Positions 19,645 through 30,258 of a stretch of DNA of 64,000 bases are shown piece after piece. Position 1 is the stretch's first letter, and each line of letters opens with the position of its first letter. This stretch comes from Paramoeba atlantica (taxonomy: Eukaryota; Protista; Discosea): positions 744,001 through 808,000 of the forward strand of contig CDRNVI010000053.1 in the NCBI GenBank assembly GCA_977017575.1, written 5' to 3'. The notes beneath the pieces are model-generated. The model did not search any database. It saw only the letters and a list, made by a program, of their open reading frames with translations, and was not told the DNA's origin. The position numbers and the translations under genes were made by a program.

Positions 19645-21666
19645 ATGTCTTGGGTTTCTTCACTTATTCATGCACAAGTTATGCTTCGCAAACTTCACGT
19701 TGCAACTTTTTCGGACTTGGTGAATTCAAAGTCAATGACGACGAATGAACTGTCATCTGTCTTAAAAACGACATGTGTGAGTTTTCCTGTCGATGATATT
19801 ATACAAACGATTCGTAATCTTGTTTGCTCGACTCCATCGCAGTGGAATCTAGCGACAAAACTTCTAAAAAGAAGTTTTTCTTTATTGTCTTCAGAACAAG
19901 CAAGTGCATGTGGGAGCTATCTTTTTCATCTACACCCAGATTTTTCTAGTTATTCTCTTGGAGAATACCTTCAAGGGGTAAAAAGCATTGAGAAGTACCG
20001 AAAATATAGGTCTGACGGAACACAGCTTGCAGAAGCACATTACGTTTTTCTTCGTAATTGGGATACCTCCATTCAAATTTACAAGGATGTTATAGCAAAA
20101 TGCCAAGATGTTTCTCAAGGGTTTTATTATCCTGAAAATCTTGTGGTAAATTGGATACTACAGCAACCTGCAAAGCGGTGGTGCGAAGGTTTGCATCTTT
20201 TAGAGCGCACAGAAACAACCCTTTCATCTATCTTGGGTCCACTGGTTCGCACGGCAGGTCCTTTGGGGATTTATATTTATCTAATACTAAAAAATAGATT
20301 TATTGACTACCGCAGTCAGTGGATTTCCAAGCGCATGCTATTACTGCCACAATGGAAAAATCGTTGGCTTCTCGGGTTTAAAATATTTCAAATAATTTCC
20401 AGTGGTTCATCTCTCCTGGCTGATGAGGCACGTTTACAATGCCTTTTTAACAAACAGTTGACTATCTGGGATGATTTGAACCATCCATTTGGACGTATTT
20501 TTCTTTACCTTTCCTCGATTCGCTGGCAAAAGACCTTTCCTGACTTCCAAAAACATCTTTTTCGATTTCCTCATGCTACGAGGCTTCTATCACTCATTCA
20601 AAATCCTTTAGAAATAGCAAATTCTACTGCTCTCAGTCACGTTATCGATACATTCGTTAGACAGCCAGATTTGGCGCCTGAAACTCTCGTAATTAAATTG
20701 GTGCAAGTTTCAAGAATAGTTCTCGAAAAAGAATATTGTCATCGCTTGTTTCTTAAATTGATGAAGCGCCGCTTCGTCTTGCTCGATGGCGAGCCCATAT
20801 CGCATTTAAATTTGACGTTGTATCCTGATCAAATATTGCAAATAAAATTTCAATCTTTAGCGCCGTTGGTTGGTTCAAGTCGCACGGCAAGTGGTACTCT
20901 TCCAGCGAGGCTCACTGAATCGACTATAAAAGCAGCAGGTGAGCACTCAGCCGAAGCAAGTGAATTTATAGAAAATGAAACCGAATTAAGTTTTCTTTCC
21001 GACCCCATGTTGATTGAAGAGATAAGCATCACACATGATAGTGCCTTTGCTTCAAAATTGAAGCCTGATTGTCCGCCTGATATAGAGTATGAACTGGGAG
21101 ATGGGAGTTCATTCGAAAAATCATTTATGGAAGGCGACTACGCAACAGATTCCATTATGAAACCGGAATCCATCTACACCTCGTGGAATGATGACGTACT
21201 TCAGGGCTTTTGTCCATCCGTTCGACCTTTTTGTGTATTGGTCCCTTATTTCTCTAACCATGCCTTACCCTCCTTGTTTCCAGGTAAACTTTTGAGCGAG
21301 AGGCGTTTATATCAATTTATTTCTGTCGATCTGCATCATCGACCTTCTTTGCGAGTGTACCAATGCATCACATATGGAGACAATTCCGAGATAGGAAAAA
21401 TAGTTAAAAAAATGCAGTTTCGGAATGAATTTATACTTGGATGCTCGTGTGCTAAGCAAGGTGGAGGTTCCTTTTTATCTTCCCCCTTGTGTACGGATGG
21501 AGCACCCTTGATAGCGCTTAAGGAGCTACATTTTCGTCATCCTCATACAGGAGAACGAGTACTTGTCGAGCGAACAACAAAACTTGACCGCATTGCGCAG
21601 ACCCTAAATACATCAAAGCGTGGACCGAGTTCAAAACGCACAGATCTAAAAAGTGTACAGGTATAA
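19645..21666 (+). CDS. Helical-repeat plus S4 plus RluA/RluD-like pseudouridine synthase-fold protein, probably inactive
   Basis: Recurring Trp-led helical motifs in the N-terminal half, S4-like LKLMKRRFVLLDGEPISHLNLTLYPDQILQI, and RluA-type C-terminus LKELHFRHPHTGERVLV. No HRLD catalytic motif. Confidence 0.45.
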   Translation: MSWVSSLIHAQVMLRKLHVATFSDLVNSKSMTTNELSSVLKTTCVSFPVDDIIQTIRNLVCSTPSQWNLATKLLKRSFSLLSSEQASACGSYLFHLHPDFSSYSLGEYLQGVKSIEKYRKYRSDGTQLAEAHYVFLRNWDTSIQIYKDVIAKCQDVSQGFYYPENLVVNWILQQPAKRWCEGLHLLERTETTLSSILGPLVRTAGPLGIYIYLILKNRFIDYRSQWISKRMLLLPQWKNRWLLGFKIFQIISSGSSLLADEARLQCLFNKQLTIWDDLNHPFGRIFLYLSSIRWQKTFPDFQKHLFRFPHATRLLSLIQNPLEIANSTALSHVIDTFVRQPDLAPETLVIKLVQVSRIVLEKEYCHRLFLKLMKRRFVLLDGEPISHLNLTLYPDQILQIKFQSLAPLVGSSRTASGTLPARLTESTIKAAGEHSAEASEFIENETELSFLSDPMLIEEISITHDSAFASKLKPDCPPDIEYELGDGSSFEKSFMEGDYATDSIMKPESIYTSWNDDVLQGFCPSVRPFCVLVPYFSNHALPSLFPGKLLSERRLYQFISVDLHHRPSLRVYQCITYGDNSEIGKIVKKMQFRNEFILGCSCAKQGGGSFLSSPLCTDGAPLIALKELHFRHPHTGERVLVERTTKLDRIAQTLNTSKRGPSSKRTDLKSVQV

Positions 21667-22038
21667 TTTTATTAAACATGTTTACTTAACTTTTTCTTTG
21701 AACAGGCACAAGAATATTATATACTTTGTTTGGTTTTGCTTGTTTTATTTGATCGGTCGATAAAAATTCATCAAACGAGTACGTGATTATAGCTATTCTA
21801 TTACGCACTTGCCTCTTAAAACTATTTTGGGTGTTATACTTCTTTAGGTAAAACGTAAAGAATTTTTCATGCGTGCAAATCAATCGTTTTCTTATTGAAT
21901 GTCTTGAAGCTTTTAAAACTAATTCCTGCGACTTCGCAAAAAACTCTTTTGCCAACTTCCTAAAAAAAATATTTTCTCAAGATTTCTTAGTATTTTAAAT
22001 CTATCTTTAGTAATATTTCTTGGTATCTTTATCCGATC

Positions 22039-23352
22039 ATGGAAACTCGGAACTCGTCCTCAGCTTCATTTTACGAGAAATATTCTGATCACTTCAATTC
22101 ATTAGAGATTTCAGAGAGGGAAAGCAAAGCTGCTGAAAAAGCAAAGAGACGTCAAGCATTCCTCTCTCTTCACGGCTCAAAAGTATCTAATGCAGAGAAA
22201 TGTCGTCCAAAAACTCGGGCTGAAAGAAGAGGCCTCCAGGAAAAGCAACGAGCAGCCAAAGGTGTATTAAAGGAAGCTGTACCGCAAAGTCAATGCTCTG
22301 CAGTTTCAGTGGCTTCGAAAGAAAACATGTCAACATTATTTTCAATTCAAAAGGCAGATGTACTAAAGACGAAGGAAGGCGGGAATACAGTGGCAAAGTG
22401 TAATTCCACTCAAGAAATTCCTCTGATTCATTCGGCAATTTATCAATGCGGATTATGGCTTGAAAGTTTCTTGCTGTCCGGATGCAGTACAAGGTGCGCC
22501 GGAACAGCGCTGGCAATTAAATCATGTATAGAATCTTTAGAAGGAAAATCGGATTCTATTTTTGAGACCTCTAAATTCGTTGAAATTTTGCTGTTTCAAA
22601 TTTCTTTTCTTGAGAAATGTCGAACCTTTTCACCTGGATTAGAAAACTTTATTATATACCTAAGGCGAAGTCTATTCTCATTAGGCCAGCTCAGAATCTC
22701 AAAAAAAGAAGCTCTGACTCGTGCAACTAATTTTATTTCCGAATTTCTAATTAAAAACGTGCACTCGGCGCAGAAAACCATTATTCTGGGAATGTCTTGT
22801 ATCCGACATGACTGTTCTGTTCTCACCTACGGTCACAGTAACGTCATACGTGAGTTATTTCGAGCAACAGAACTCTCCAGCATACATTTCAATGTAACAG
22901 TTATGGATGCAGCCCCTCTTTTCGAAGGTCGAAAACTGTTTGTCGCACTTAAAAATTGTCCAAACATTTCCGTAACATACGGATTTATTAACAATATACA
23001 AAGTTTAATGAACGGAATAGATGTCATCTTGATGGGAGCCAGCGCGATTTCTTCAAACGGGGACGTTTTTTCTAGGTCAGGAAGCGCGGTAGTCTCCCTT
23101 AACGCCTCTCGTCTTCGTTTACCGATTCTGATTTTATGTGAGGCATACAAGTTTACGCATAGCATGAATAAGGTAATAACTGCAGTAGAAGATAATTTTG
23201 AAATTAAGGATAGTGTAATACGCACCTTGTATGATAAAATTCCCCCTTTAATGTTGACGGTCGTCAGAAGCGAGGACGGTCCAATCAATCCTTTAAATAT
23301 TGGAAGCTTATTGCTTGTGAAATCTCAAGGTGAATCTCAAGATGAACGCTAA
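22039..23352 (+). CDS. EIF2B4: Translation initiation factor eIF-2B delta subunit
   Basis: KTRAERRGLQEKQRAAK, IHSAIYQCGL, VLTYGHSNVI, VTVMDAAPLFEGRKL and ILMGASAISSNGDVFSRSGSA...LILCEAYKF. Confidence 0.85.
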   Translation: METRNSSSASFYEKYSDHFNSLEISERESKAAEKAKRRQAFLSLHGSKVSNAEKCRPKTRAERRGLQEKQRAAKGVLKEAVPQSQCSAVSVASKENMSTLFSIQKADVLKTKEGGNTVAKCNSTQEIPLIHSAIYQCGLWLESFLLSGCSTRCAGTALAIKSCIESLEGKSDSIFETSKFVEILLFQISFLEKCRTFSPGLENFIIYLRRSLFSLGQLRISKKEALTRATNFISEFLIKNVHSAQKTIILGMSCIRHDCSVLTYGHSNVIRELFRATELSSIHFNVTVMDAAPLFEGRKLFVALKNCPNISVTYGFINNIQSLMNGIDVILMGASAISSNGDVFSRSGSAVVSLNASRLRLPILILCEAYKFTHSMNKVITAVEDNFEIKDSVIRTLYDKIPPLMLTVVRSEDGPINPLNIGSLLLVKSQGESQDER

Positions 23353-23526
23353 GTTAATATTGTACTCTTTTCATTTACAGTTCTGTCGCTCATCACAACA
23401 GGTGTAATAGAAAAATAATAGCTTTTTGTTTTTTATTCAGTTTATGTATAAATAATCTCCAATAGATCATGAGTATATCTCATCAAAAATATAATCATTT
23501 ATTGAACATATTTTCTTGTCATAATC

Positions 23527-23997
23527 ATGTTTTTGCTTCGTAACCGCGCAGGTTTGTCGTCTGTTATCTATCTAAGGTGCCTGTTTAAAAACGTGTTATT
23601 GTCGATATGTTCCCTTATCATATCGTTTGTTCTTGGCGTGTTTGCCTTGATATTTTTTAGGGTATTTTTCAGATATGTGGGCAGAGTACTGGTAGATTTA
23701 TACAAAACTCAAGTTGCTAATTTCCTTCCTTTGCTTTCCATAGTGCGCTTTTTTGGTTTTCAGGAAACCGACAGTCTGTTTATATCGCTCTCAAAAGCAT
23801 CACCAAGTGGAACTGCAGCACTTCGCATCCTTTTTTGGTTTTTTGGACTTACGAGCGTTGCTTATCACTTGGTAAAGTTAATTAGTAAAGTCGGTCGGCA
23901 AAATCGAAATATGTCGAATTTTCTAGGCATACACGATTCGGATATACAAGCGTATGAGGAAGAGGTAAACCAAAACTGGAAATATTCTACACATTGA
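23527..23997 (+). CDS. Hypothetical membrane protein (156 aa)
   Basis: ATG-initiated co-directional ORF with 2-3 hydrophobic segments; no recognised family. Confidence 0.5.
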   Translation: MFLLRNRAGLSSVIYLRCLFKNVLLSICSLIISFVLGVFALIFFRVFFRYVGRVLVDLYKTQVANFLPLLSIVRFFGFQETDSLFISLSKASPSGTAALRILFWFFGLTSVAYHLVKLISKVGRQNRNMSNFLGIHDSDIQAYEEEVNQNWKYSTH

Positions 23998-24300
23998 TTC
24001 TTTGTACTACTTTTAATATGTTCGTTCAATATATTCTATGTTCATTTTTTCATACATGTACATTTGCGTACATGTTTAAAGGCATGAAATCGTTTTTCCT
24101 ATCCCGAAATAACATTTCATATACATTCACATGGGGAAACCAGGATTGCTGAATCCGTACAGGCCAATTAACTGAGTGCGGACGGCAGACAGGGGTATTT
24201 ATTTGTTGACTTTTTCTAAGCGTTGAGATTTGAAGAGTCTTTTTTCTTACATTTTTGATATTTCTGATTAACTTAGTTCTTATTTCTTATTGAGTTGCAT

Positions 24301-25341
24301 ATGGAAGTCAGAGAGTCTGAGAAGCACATCCAACATGCGGAAAAGCGTTCTCCCTTGCCATGGGTTGAAAAATATCGACCGCAATCTATTGAAGACATTA
24401 TCGCGCACGAGGACATTATGTCTGCTTTATCAAAACTTATTTCTCTCCAACAAGTTCCTCATTTATTGTTTTACGGACCTCCAGGAACAGGTAAAACCAC
24501 AACTGTCTTATCTTGCGCCCGATTGATTTACGGCCCTGGTTCCCTCAAAGGAAATGTTCTCGAGCTCAATGCCAGCGATGAGCGTGGGATTGATGTTGTG
24601 CGACACCAGATTAAAGACTTTGCTTCCACCTCTCAAGTGTTCTCTCATGTCTCTTTTAAACTAGTAGTGCTCGATGAGGCTGACCAAATGACCTCGGAGG
24701 CTCAGGCTGCGCTGCGTCGTGTTATGGAGCGCTATACCAAAAATGTCCGGTTTTGCATTTTGTGTAATCATGTGAACAAGTTAATTCCCGCAATACAATC
24801 CCGCTGCACTCGTTTTCGGTTTGGGCCGCTTCGCAAATCACAGATGATGCCCCGATTGGTACACATTCTAAATGAGGAGTCGATATCTTGGGAGGACAGG
24901 GGTGTAGCATCTGCCATTCGCCTCAGCGGCGGTGATATGCGACGCTGTATCAATATTTTGCAGGGCACCGCAATGTCCTTTCATGAAGTCACGGAGGACA
25001 CGGTTCATCGCTGCACTGGTGCTCCTTCTCCAAAAACGATTTCTCAAGCAGTGGAAAAAATGCTTGGTGCGAATTTTCCTGAGGCTCATGAAGAGGTGAT
25101 GCAACTAACGTCGGCGCATGGGTTATCCACTCTAGATGTCGTCCGCGAATCTCATCACGTTGTCTCTCGTATCGAATTTTCTGAACCTGTAAAGGCGTTT
25201 CTTCTGCAGCGTCTCGCAACTTTAGAACATCAACTAGCTCAAGGTGGAAGTGAAAAAATTAATTTAGCCGCATTAGTTGGAGCTTTTCAAATTGCGAAGG
25301 AATCTGCTGCTCAAAACATGTCAATTATAAATGTTGTCTGA
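24301..25341 (+). CDS. RFC3: Replication factor C small subunit (yeast RFC3/human RFC5 type)
   Basis: LPWVEKYRP, Walker A GPPGTGKT, LELNASDERGIDVVR, Walker B LDEAD, and the SRC motif. Confidence 0.93.
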   Translation: MEVRESEKHIQHAEKRSPLPWVEKYRPQSIEDIIAHEDIMSALSKLISLQQVPHLLFYGPPGTGKTTTVLSCARLIYGPGSLKGNVLELNASDERGIDVVRHQIKDFASTSQVFSHVSFKLVVLDEADQMTSEAQAALRRVMERYTKNVRFCILCNHVNKLIPAIQSRCTRFRFGPLRKSQMMPRLVHILNEESISWEDRGVASAIRLSGGDMRRCINILQGTAMSFHEVTEDTVHRCTGAPSPKTISQAVEKMLGANFPEAHEEVMQLTSAHGLSTLDVVRESHHVVSRIEFSEPVKAFLLQRLATLEHQLAQGGSEKINLAALVGAFQIAKESAAQNMSIINVV

Positions 25342-25782
25342 TGTTTATATTATGAAACATTCTTCACACTGTAAAAGACAGTTCCAGGAATTTATGAGAC
25401 CTCTTTATTTTTGCATATTTATACTTGGTTCATAGGACATTTGTTTATGATTAATGAAAAGTACAGGACGCCAAAAAAGTGTATGTTTTTCTGTGGGCGA
25501 TAAACTATTATTATTTTCTTTTTAACGAGGAAATTTTTGACCCGGTACACTACACAATATCTGCACTCTAATTTATTCGATTCTTTTACTCTAAATCTTC
25601 AAAAACAAACTCTACCCACTAGTACCTCAGCTTTATTTCGAAATACACTACTGTTCTCTACAGACTGCGGATAAATGACTAACTCCCCGCCTTCTCATCG
25701 AGGCAAAGTGACACTAGAGCTTTTACCATTGGAAGATGCAATGAAAACCGACTGGGACTGAGTCGGTGTGGGTAAACGTTCC

Positions 25783-25869
25783 TAAACGCGGAGGTAGTTT
25801 TCAACGCGAAGCGCGCAGCATGAGTGACTTCCAAGTTGAAAACAACCGCCGCATTTAACGAAGCCACTA
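25783..25869. repeat. Left-truncated second copy of the 99-bp foldback element at 27593
   Basis: TAAACGCGGAGGTAGTTTTCAACGCGAAGCGCGCAGCATGAGTGACTTCCAAGTTGAAAAC...TTAACGAAGCCACTA is nearly identical to 27604-27691. Confidence 0.9.
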
Positions 25870-26331
25870 TTGGGTTAATCCTTAAGAGATTTCTTTTCTT
25901 TGTATAAGAAGCTCTTCATCTTTCTGATAATTCGTATTCTAAATTGGGATTTTTTGTTAAGGAAAAAATCCGAACCATTGTATCTCTTCGCGGTAATCCG
26001 TTTTCTGAGAAGTACATGAGACTACGCTGCAATTTTATCTCTCTGGAGTTTGCAATTGATGCTGAGTTCGATGATAGCCCAAGAAATGCATGTAAAAAGA
26101 CTCCACTTCACTTTCATCCTCTAGCTGGTATGTACCTTGGAAAGTTGATGACTCTTAGGGAATATGAATGTTTCAGGCTGCCAAAATCGGTTTTTTTTGT
26201 CTTTTACAACCTATGGGCGATTGTACGGATTAAGAATCTAGGAATATCGTACTGATCGCAGTTTTCCAAAAATAGCGGAATCAAAAATCTCTGTGCATAG
26301 ATATAATTTTTTTGTTTATCGGTTATCAACA

Positions 26332-26796
26332 ATGTTGCTACTTGAGCAGCCACCACTGGATCCGATGACCGAGGCTCTTACTTATGCCAGAGAGACGACT
26401 TTAAGCGCTGGAGCAGCTGGTCTGGCAGGGGGATACGTCATGGGGAGTGCTTTCAGCTTTCTTCATGCTATGATTACCGCCGAGACAACTACCCAAAGCA
26501 TGGGCATGAAGGATTTTCTTCGCTACTCTGTAAAAACGGCACATCGTAGTGGTTGCAACTTCGCCACCTTTGGCGTATTCTTTGGAGCCCTCGAGGTGGC
26601 TCTAGAAAAACGAAGAGGGAGGAAGGATTTCTGGAACCCGGCCACCTCCGGTGCTCTAATGGGTGGGTACTATGGATGGCGCTCGTACCGACATATGGGA
26701 CTCTGGGGTGGGGTGGTCGGTGGAGCCGTGGTCACCGTCTTGTTTGAAAAAATGATTGCTTACATGACAGGTACTCCAATGCATCCAACTTATTAA
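26332..26796 (+). CDS. TIM17: Tim17/Tim22/Tim23-family mitochondrial inner-membrane translocase subunit
   Basis: GxxxG-rich TM helices, SGCNFATFGVFFGALEVALEKRRGRKDFWNPATSGALMGG (family RxKDDxxN-like motif). First ATG at 26332. Confidence 0.85.
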   Translation: MLLLEQPPLDPMTEALTYARETTLSAGAAGLAGGYVMGSAFSFLHAMITAETTTQSMGMKDFLRYSVKTAHRSGCNFATFGVFFGALEVALEKRRGRKDFWNPATSGALMGGYYGWRSYRHMGLWGGVVGGAVVTVLFEKMIAYMTGTPMHPTY

Positions 26797-27079
26797 AGGA
26801 GACACCATTATTCACTTCTTAATCATTTCACATGTGGCGACTTGTGACGCGCGTATTTCGATTATCGGACTTACCTTGGCTGCGAATTTCTTAAGTATCA
26901 TAATTTTATAAAATAATACACTTCATTTTCGTCATCTCTGAGTTTTTCATAAGAATACGGTAAATGTATTTCTGTCCTCGGATTCATTGTTATGTTTTAC
27001 ATCTTTTAACTTGTTTTATCGGATGAGATTATCCGGCAGTAGGAAATATTCCGTGGCTCTCAGCTTGGACACTCACGTC

Positions 27080-27476
27080 TCGCGATCATCAAAGGTACAC
27101 AGTATTCTTGCGCAGTTAGTTATTGATGCGCAGTTCTTAGTCTAATATCGAGAATATTAACACCTCGTAGGGCACAGAACGTACAGCCTCCTTGTGGGAT
27201 GGAGTTAAGTGCGATGTGAATGGCTCGGTAACGAAGATTTATTGGGGTGGAAGGGGGTTACGTGGCAAACCACGTTGGGACTTCCTTCCTTCTACCCTTT
27301 CTCATCTTGATCTTGGAGTTCTTTTGTTTCCAGAGCGTCGGACGAATCCTTATCTGGGGCGGTGGATGTTGGAGTTCCTCCCAACTGCTCAAAATCTTTA
27401 TCTAGTCTATGGTCTACAGGGCCATCATTTTGCAAAACCGCGATTTCCCTGTTTGGAACTCGAGACGCTGTGGTAA
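27080..27476 (+). pseudogene. LRR-family pseudogene (paralogue of 43162 and 44170)
   Basis: NINTS*GTERTASLWDGVKCD...VTKIYWGGRGLRG...WDFLPSTLSHLDL. TAG replaces the conserved Trp codon; NxLSGxVD is found in a shifted frame. Confidence 0.75.
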
Positions 27477-27592
27477 ACGATGGGTAATGGTAGGTCGGAA
27501 GGCGCGTATTGTGCGCGTTTAATAATTTTTCGCCGAAAAATCGAGCTATTTTACCCGACAAAATACATTATTCATGATGTTTTGGCAATTTT

Positions 27593-27691
27593 TAGTGGCT
27601 TCGTTAAACGCGGTGGTAGTTTTCAACGCGAAGCGCGCAGCATGAGTGACTTCTAAGTTGAAAACGACCACCGCGTTTAACGAAGCCACTA
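27593..27691. mobile_element. 99-bp foldback element (35-bp inverted arms, 1 mismatch), TA at both ends
   Basis: TAGTGGCTTCGTTAAACGCGGTGGTAGTTTTCAAC, 29-nt spacer, GTTGAAAACGACCACCGCGTTTAACGAAGCCACTA. Confidence 0.8.
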
Positions 27692-28915
27692 AAAAAATAC
27701 AATAGGGGAAACAATTATGAAAAATCATTTTTTTGCAAAATATATCCGAAAAATTCCGAACTTGGCGGACCCGTCCTGAGGATGCGCGGGGGGCTCACCC
27801 CCAGGTATGGGGGTGGAAAATGAGCGCCAAGACCCCGGCTACTCTTTCTGGGGGTTTATTTTGAAAAATATTGTTTTCGAAAAAATTTCGTGCGGTATGC
27901 CCCCCCATGGACCCCCCCCATGGACCCCCGATTTTGTTTCAATTTTGGACCACCGGAGCCCCTTTTTATTTTTTTTCTTCGGCGCGGAAAATGTTTTGGT
28001 CCTTTTCTGCTAATTTTCTAATATTCCTATACCTCGTTATATTCCTATACCCTCTTAATATTCCTACCAGGAATACAACCGTATTAACCCGGACAGTGGT
28101 TTAATTCGGTCTACTTTACCTACATGCAATCATCCTAGCGGCCGAGCCAATGAACCTTCTCAAAAAATGTCAAAAAAAACCTACACGAAGCTACACGGAT
28201 TACCACGAACCTACACGTACCTACACAGCTCGTCACGGGCCAACGCAAACTTACACAGACCTACTGCATACTCTCCTATTAAACCCCTGGCCAAAATAAG
28301 GCACCCCCCTCCAAAATCTCAATGCTTCGCTTGTTTGAGCTAATTTTGGTAGCATTTTATAGATCTCAATGCAAAGAGTTTGCGCGTTAAGAAACGGAAC
28401 AAAAAATACAAAATGCATACATTTGAAAGTCTGATTACTACATTTTCACCCTTAAAAATTTCAAAAAAATTACGCCCTTTTAAACGAAAAAGTCTTCCCC
28501 CCTCTGAGAAATTCAGTTTTTTTCATGTGTTTTCGCTCATTTTTGTTGCAAACGAGAGATCACGCTTCCCTCACGAAGATGATTGCTGCCCTTTTTTCAT
28601 CGGGAGACCCCTCGTGCCCCTTGATCGCAAAATTGCGCATTCCTGGAAAACAGAAGTGGAACATCAAGTTTTTTATATATTTTTTGTTCCAAGGTTTTGG
28701 TCGACTAAAAATGGCGGGAACGTACAGATTTCAAAAATCTGAACGAAAATATGGTATCATAACTCTACCATGCTCCCTCGTGCAAAAGATATGGGGGGGG
28801 TGCCTTACTGATGGCCAGGGGTTTATATTACTGTGTTCCTCTTATATTTTCACTGTTTATGTCCACTTATTTTCCAATAATCGAGGGTAGAGCGGTAGTT
28901 ATACAACCACCGCAA
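27692..28915. repeat. Interrupted copy of a dispersed repeat of about 440 bp (uninterrupted copy at 40333-40776)
   Basis: 27692-27980 aligns with 40333-40684 (CCGAACTTG, CAAGACCCCGGCTAC, TTCGTGCGGTATGCCCCCC, GGACCACCGGAGCCC). 28826-28915 aligns with 40689-40776 (TATTACTGTGTTCC...AATAATCGAGGGTAGAGCGGTAG). Confidence 0.85.
28282..28823. mobile_element. 542-bp Tc1-like MITE with TA TSD
   Basis: TA|AACCCCTGGCCAAAATAAGGCACCCCCC ... GGGGGGTGCCTTACTGATGGCCAGGGGTT|TA. The CTGGCCAAAA core resembles the C. elegans Tc1 TIR. Confidence 0.85.
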
Positions 28916-29076
28916 TGTACCTTAACTGAGAATTCGTTCTCCGGCTATATTGACGTAATTCATTTACCGTTTTTCATCTACCGTTTTCCACGTACATGAC
29001 TTTCGTATTCGGCTTGCATAACTTGTGGCTTACATACAGATTTATTTGCGTTTCATAAATTTATAGCATTTTTATT

Positions 29077-30258
29077 ATGTCCGACAACGAATACGAGGAT
29101 GCATCCTCCCACAGCGAGAACGAAGAAGAGAACGAAGTGGACGAGACCATCGCGAACCCCGACGTCACGGAGAAATACAAATTCGCCGCCGCCTTTGCTA
29201 CCAAAGCGCTACGCACCGTTGTCGCCTCCCTCTGCATTGGGGCAAAAGTCCACGAACTGTGTGCGCTCGGGGATCGTATTCTGCTCGAGGAAACCTCCAA
29301 AGTCTACACCAAACCTACCGGACAGGATAAGAAAAAGCTTGACAAGGGGATTGCCTTCCCCACATGTGTCTCGGTGAACGCTGTCGTGTGTCACTACAGT
29401 CCTGGAGAGGAGGAGACCGAGGGGTGTGTCCCGCTCGCCGCTGGCGATGTCGTCCGGGTCGACCTTGGGTGTCAAATCGATGGGCACTGTGCGGTGGTTG
29501 CAGACACCCATGTGGTGGCGCCCACCGGTGGGGTAGTCTCTGGTCGAGTCGCGGATGTCGTCGCCGCGGCACATACGGCCCTGGAGGTGGCGACCCACGC
29601 GCTGCGCCCCGGAAACACGGTGTATGAAATCACCGCGCTGGTGGAGAAGGTCGCGACGGAGTATGGGGTGAGTGTCGTGGACGGAGTGCTGTCGCATCGT
29701 ATGTCGCGGTACATTATTGATGGGACCCGGACGATTGCAAATAAGGACACCCCTGAGGGTAAGGTGGGGGATGTCCCAGTGGAGCCTCACGAGGTGTGGG
29801 CGCTGGATGTAGTGCTCTCGACAGGGACGGGAAAGCTCCGGCCACGGGATCAGCGTACGTTGGTGTACAAGCGTGCACTGGAGGGGAATTACCAGTTGAA
29901 GCTACAGGCGGCTCGTGAGGTGCATAACGAAGTGGAAAAGCATTTTCAGACCTTTCCTTTTGCGACTCGGCACCTCAACCAGAAGCGCGGCCGTATTGGG
30001 ATTCAGGAGTGCCTCAAGCATGATATGGTGGTCCCCTACCCAGTGTTGTATGAGAGAGACGGAGAGGTGGTAGCGCACGTCAAGTCAACGGTGTTGGTGC
30101 TGAGCACTCGAATCGAACCTGTTACGGGACCTGTTTTCAATGTCAACACGTGTCAAACGTCTCGTTGCGTCAATGATCCAACCGTACTAGCGTGGAAGCA
30201 ACGCTCCCTGCAGTTAAAGAAGAAGAGCAAGGGGAAGAAAAAGAAAAATATGAACTAA
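29077..30258 (+). CDS. PA2G4: Proliferation-associated protein 2G4/Ebp1 (non-catalytic M24 family)
   Basis: TIANPDVTEKYK, KGIAFPTCVSVN, VRVDLGCQIDG, VDGVLSH, YQLKLQAAR...FQTFPF and a basic C-terminal tail. Confidence 0.93.
   Translation: MSDNEYEDASSHSENEEENEVDETIANPDVTEKYKFAAAFATKALRTVVASLCIGAKVHELCALGDRILLEETSKVYTKPTGQDKKKLDKGIAFPTCVSVNAVVCHYSPGEEETEGCVPLAAGDVVRVDLGCQIDGHCAVVADTHVVAPTGGVVSGRVADVVAAAHTALEVATHALRPGNTVYEITALVEKVATEYGVSVVDGVLSHRMSRYIIDGTRTIANKDTPEGKVGDVPVEPHEVWALDVVLSTGTGKLRPRDQRTLVYKRALEGNYQLKLQAAREVHNEVEKHFQTFPFATRHLNQKRGRIGIQECLKHDMVVPYPVLYERDGEVVAHVKSTVLVLSTRIEPVTGPVFNVNTCQTSRCVNDPTVLAWKQRSLQLKKKSKGKKKKNMN

Noticed and set aside
25944-26255. 103-aa TTG-initiated ORF before TIM17
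   Set aside because: No motif, non-ATG start, and it lies next to a repeat copy; probably spurious.
27050-27130. tRNA A-box-like TGGCTCTCAGCTTGG
   Set aside because: No T-loop GTTCRA or cloverleaf; the region is the 5' part of an LRR pseudogene.
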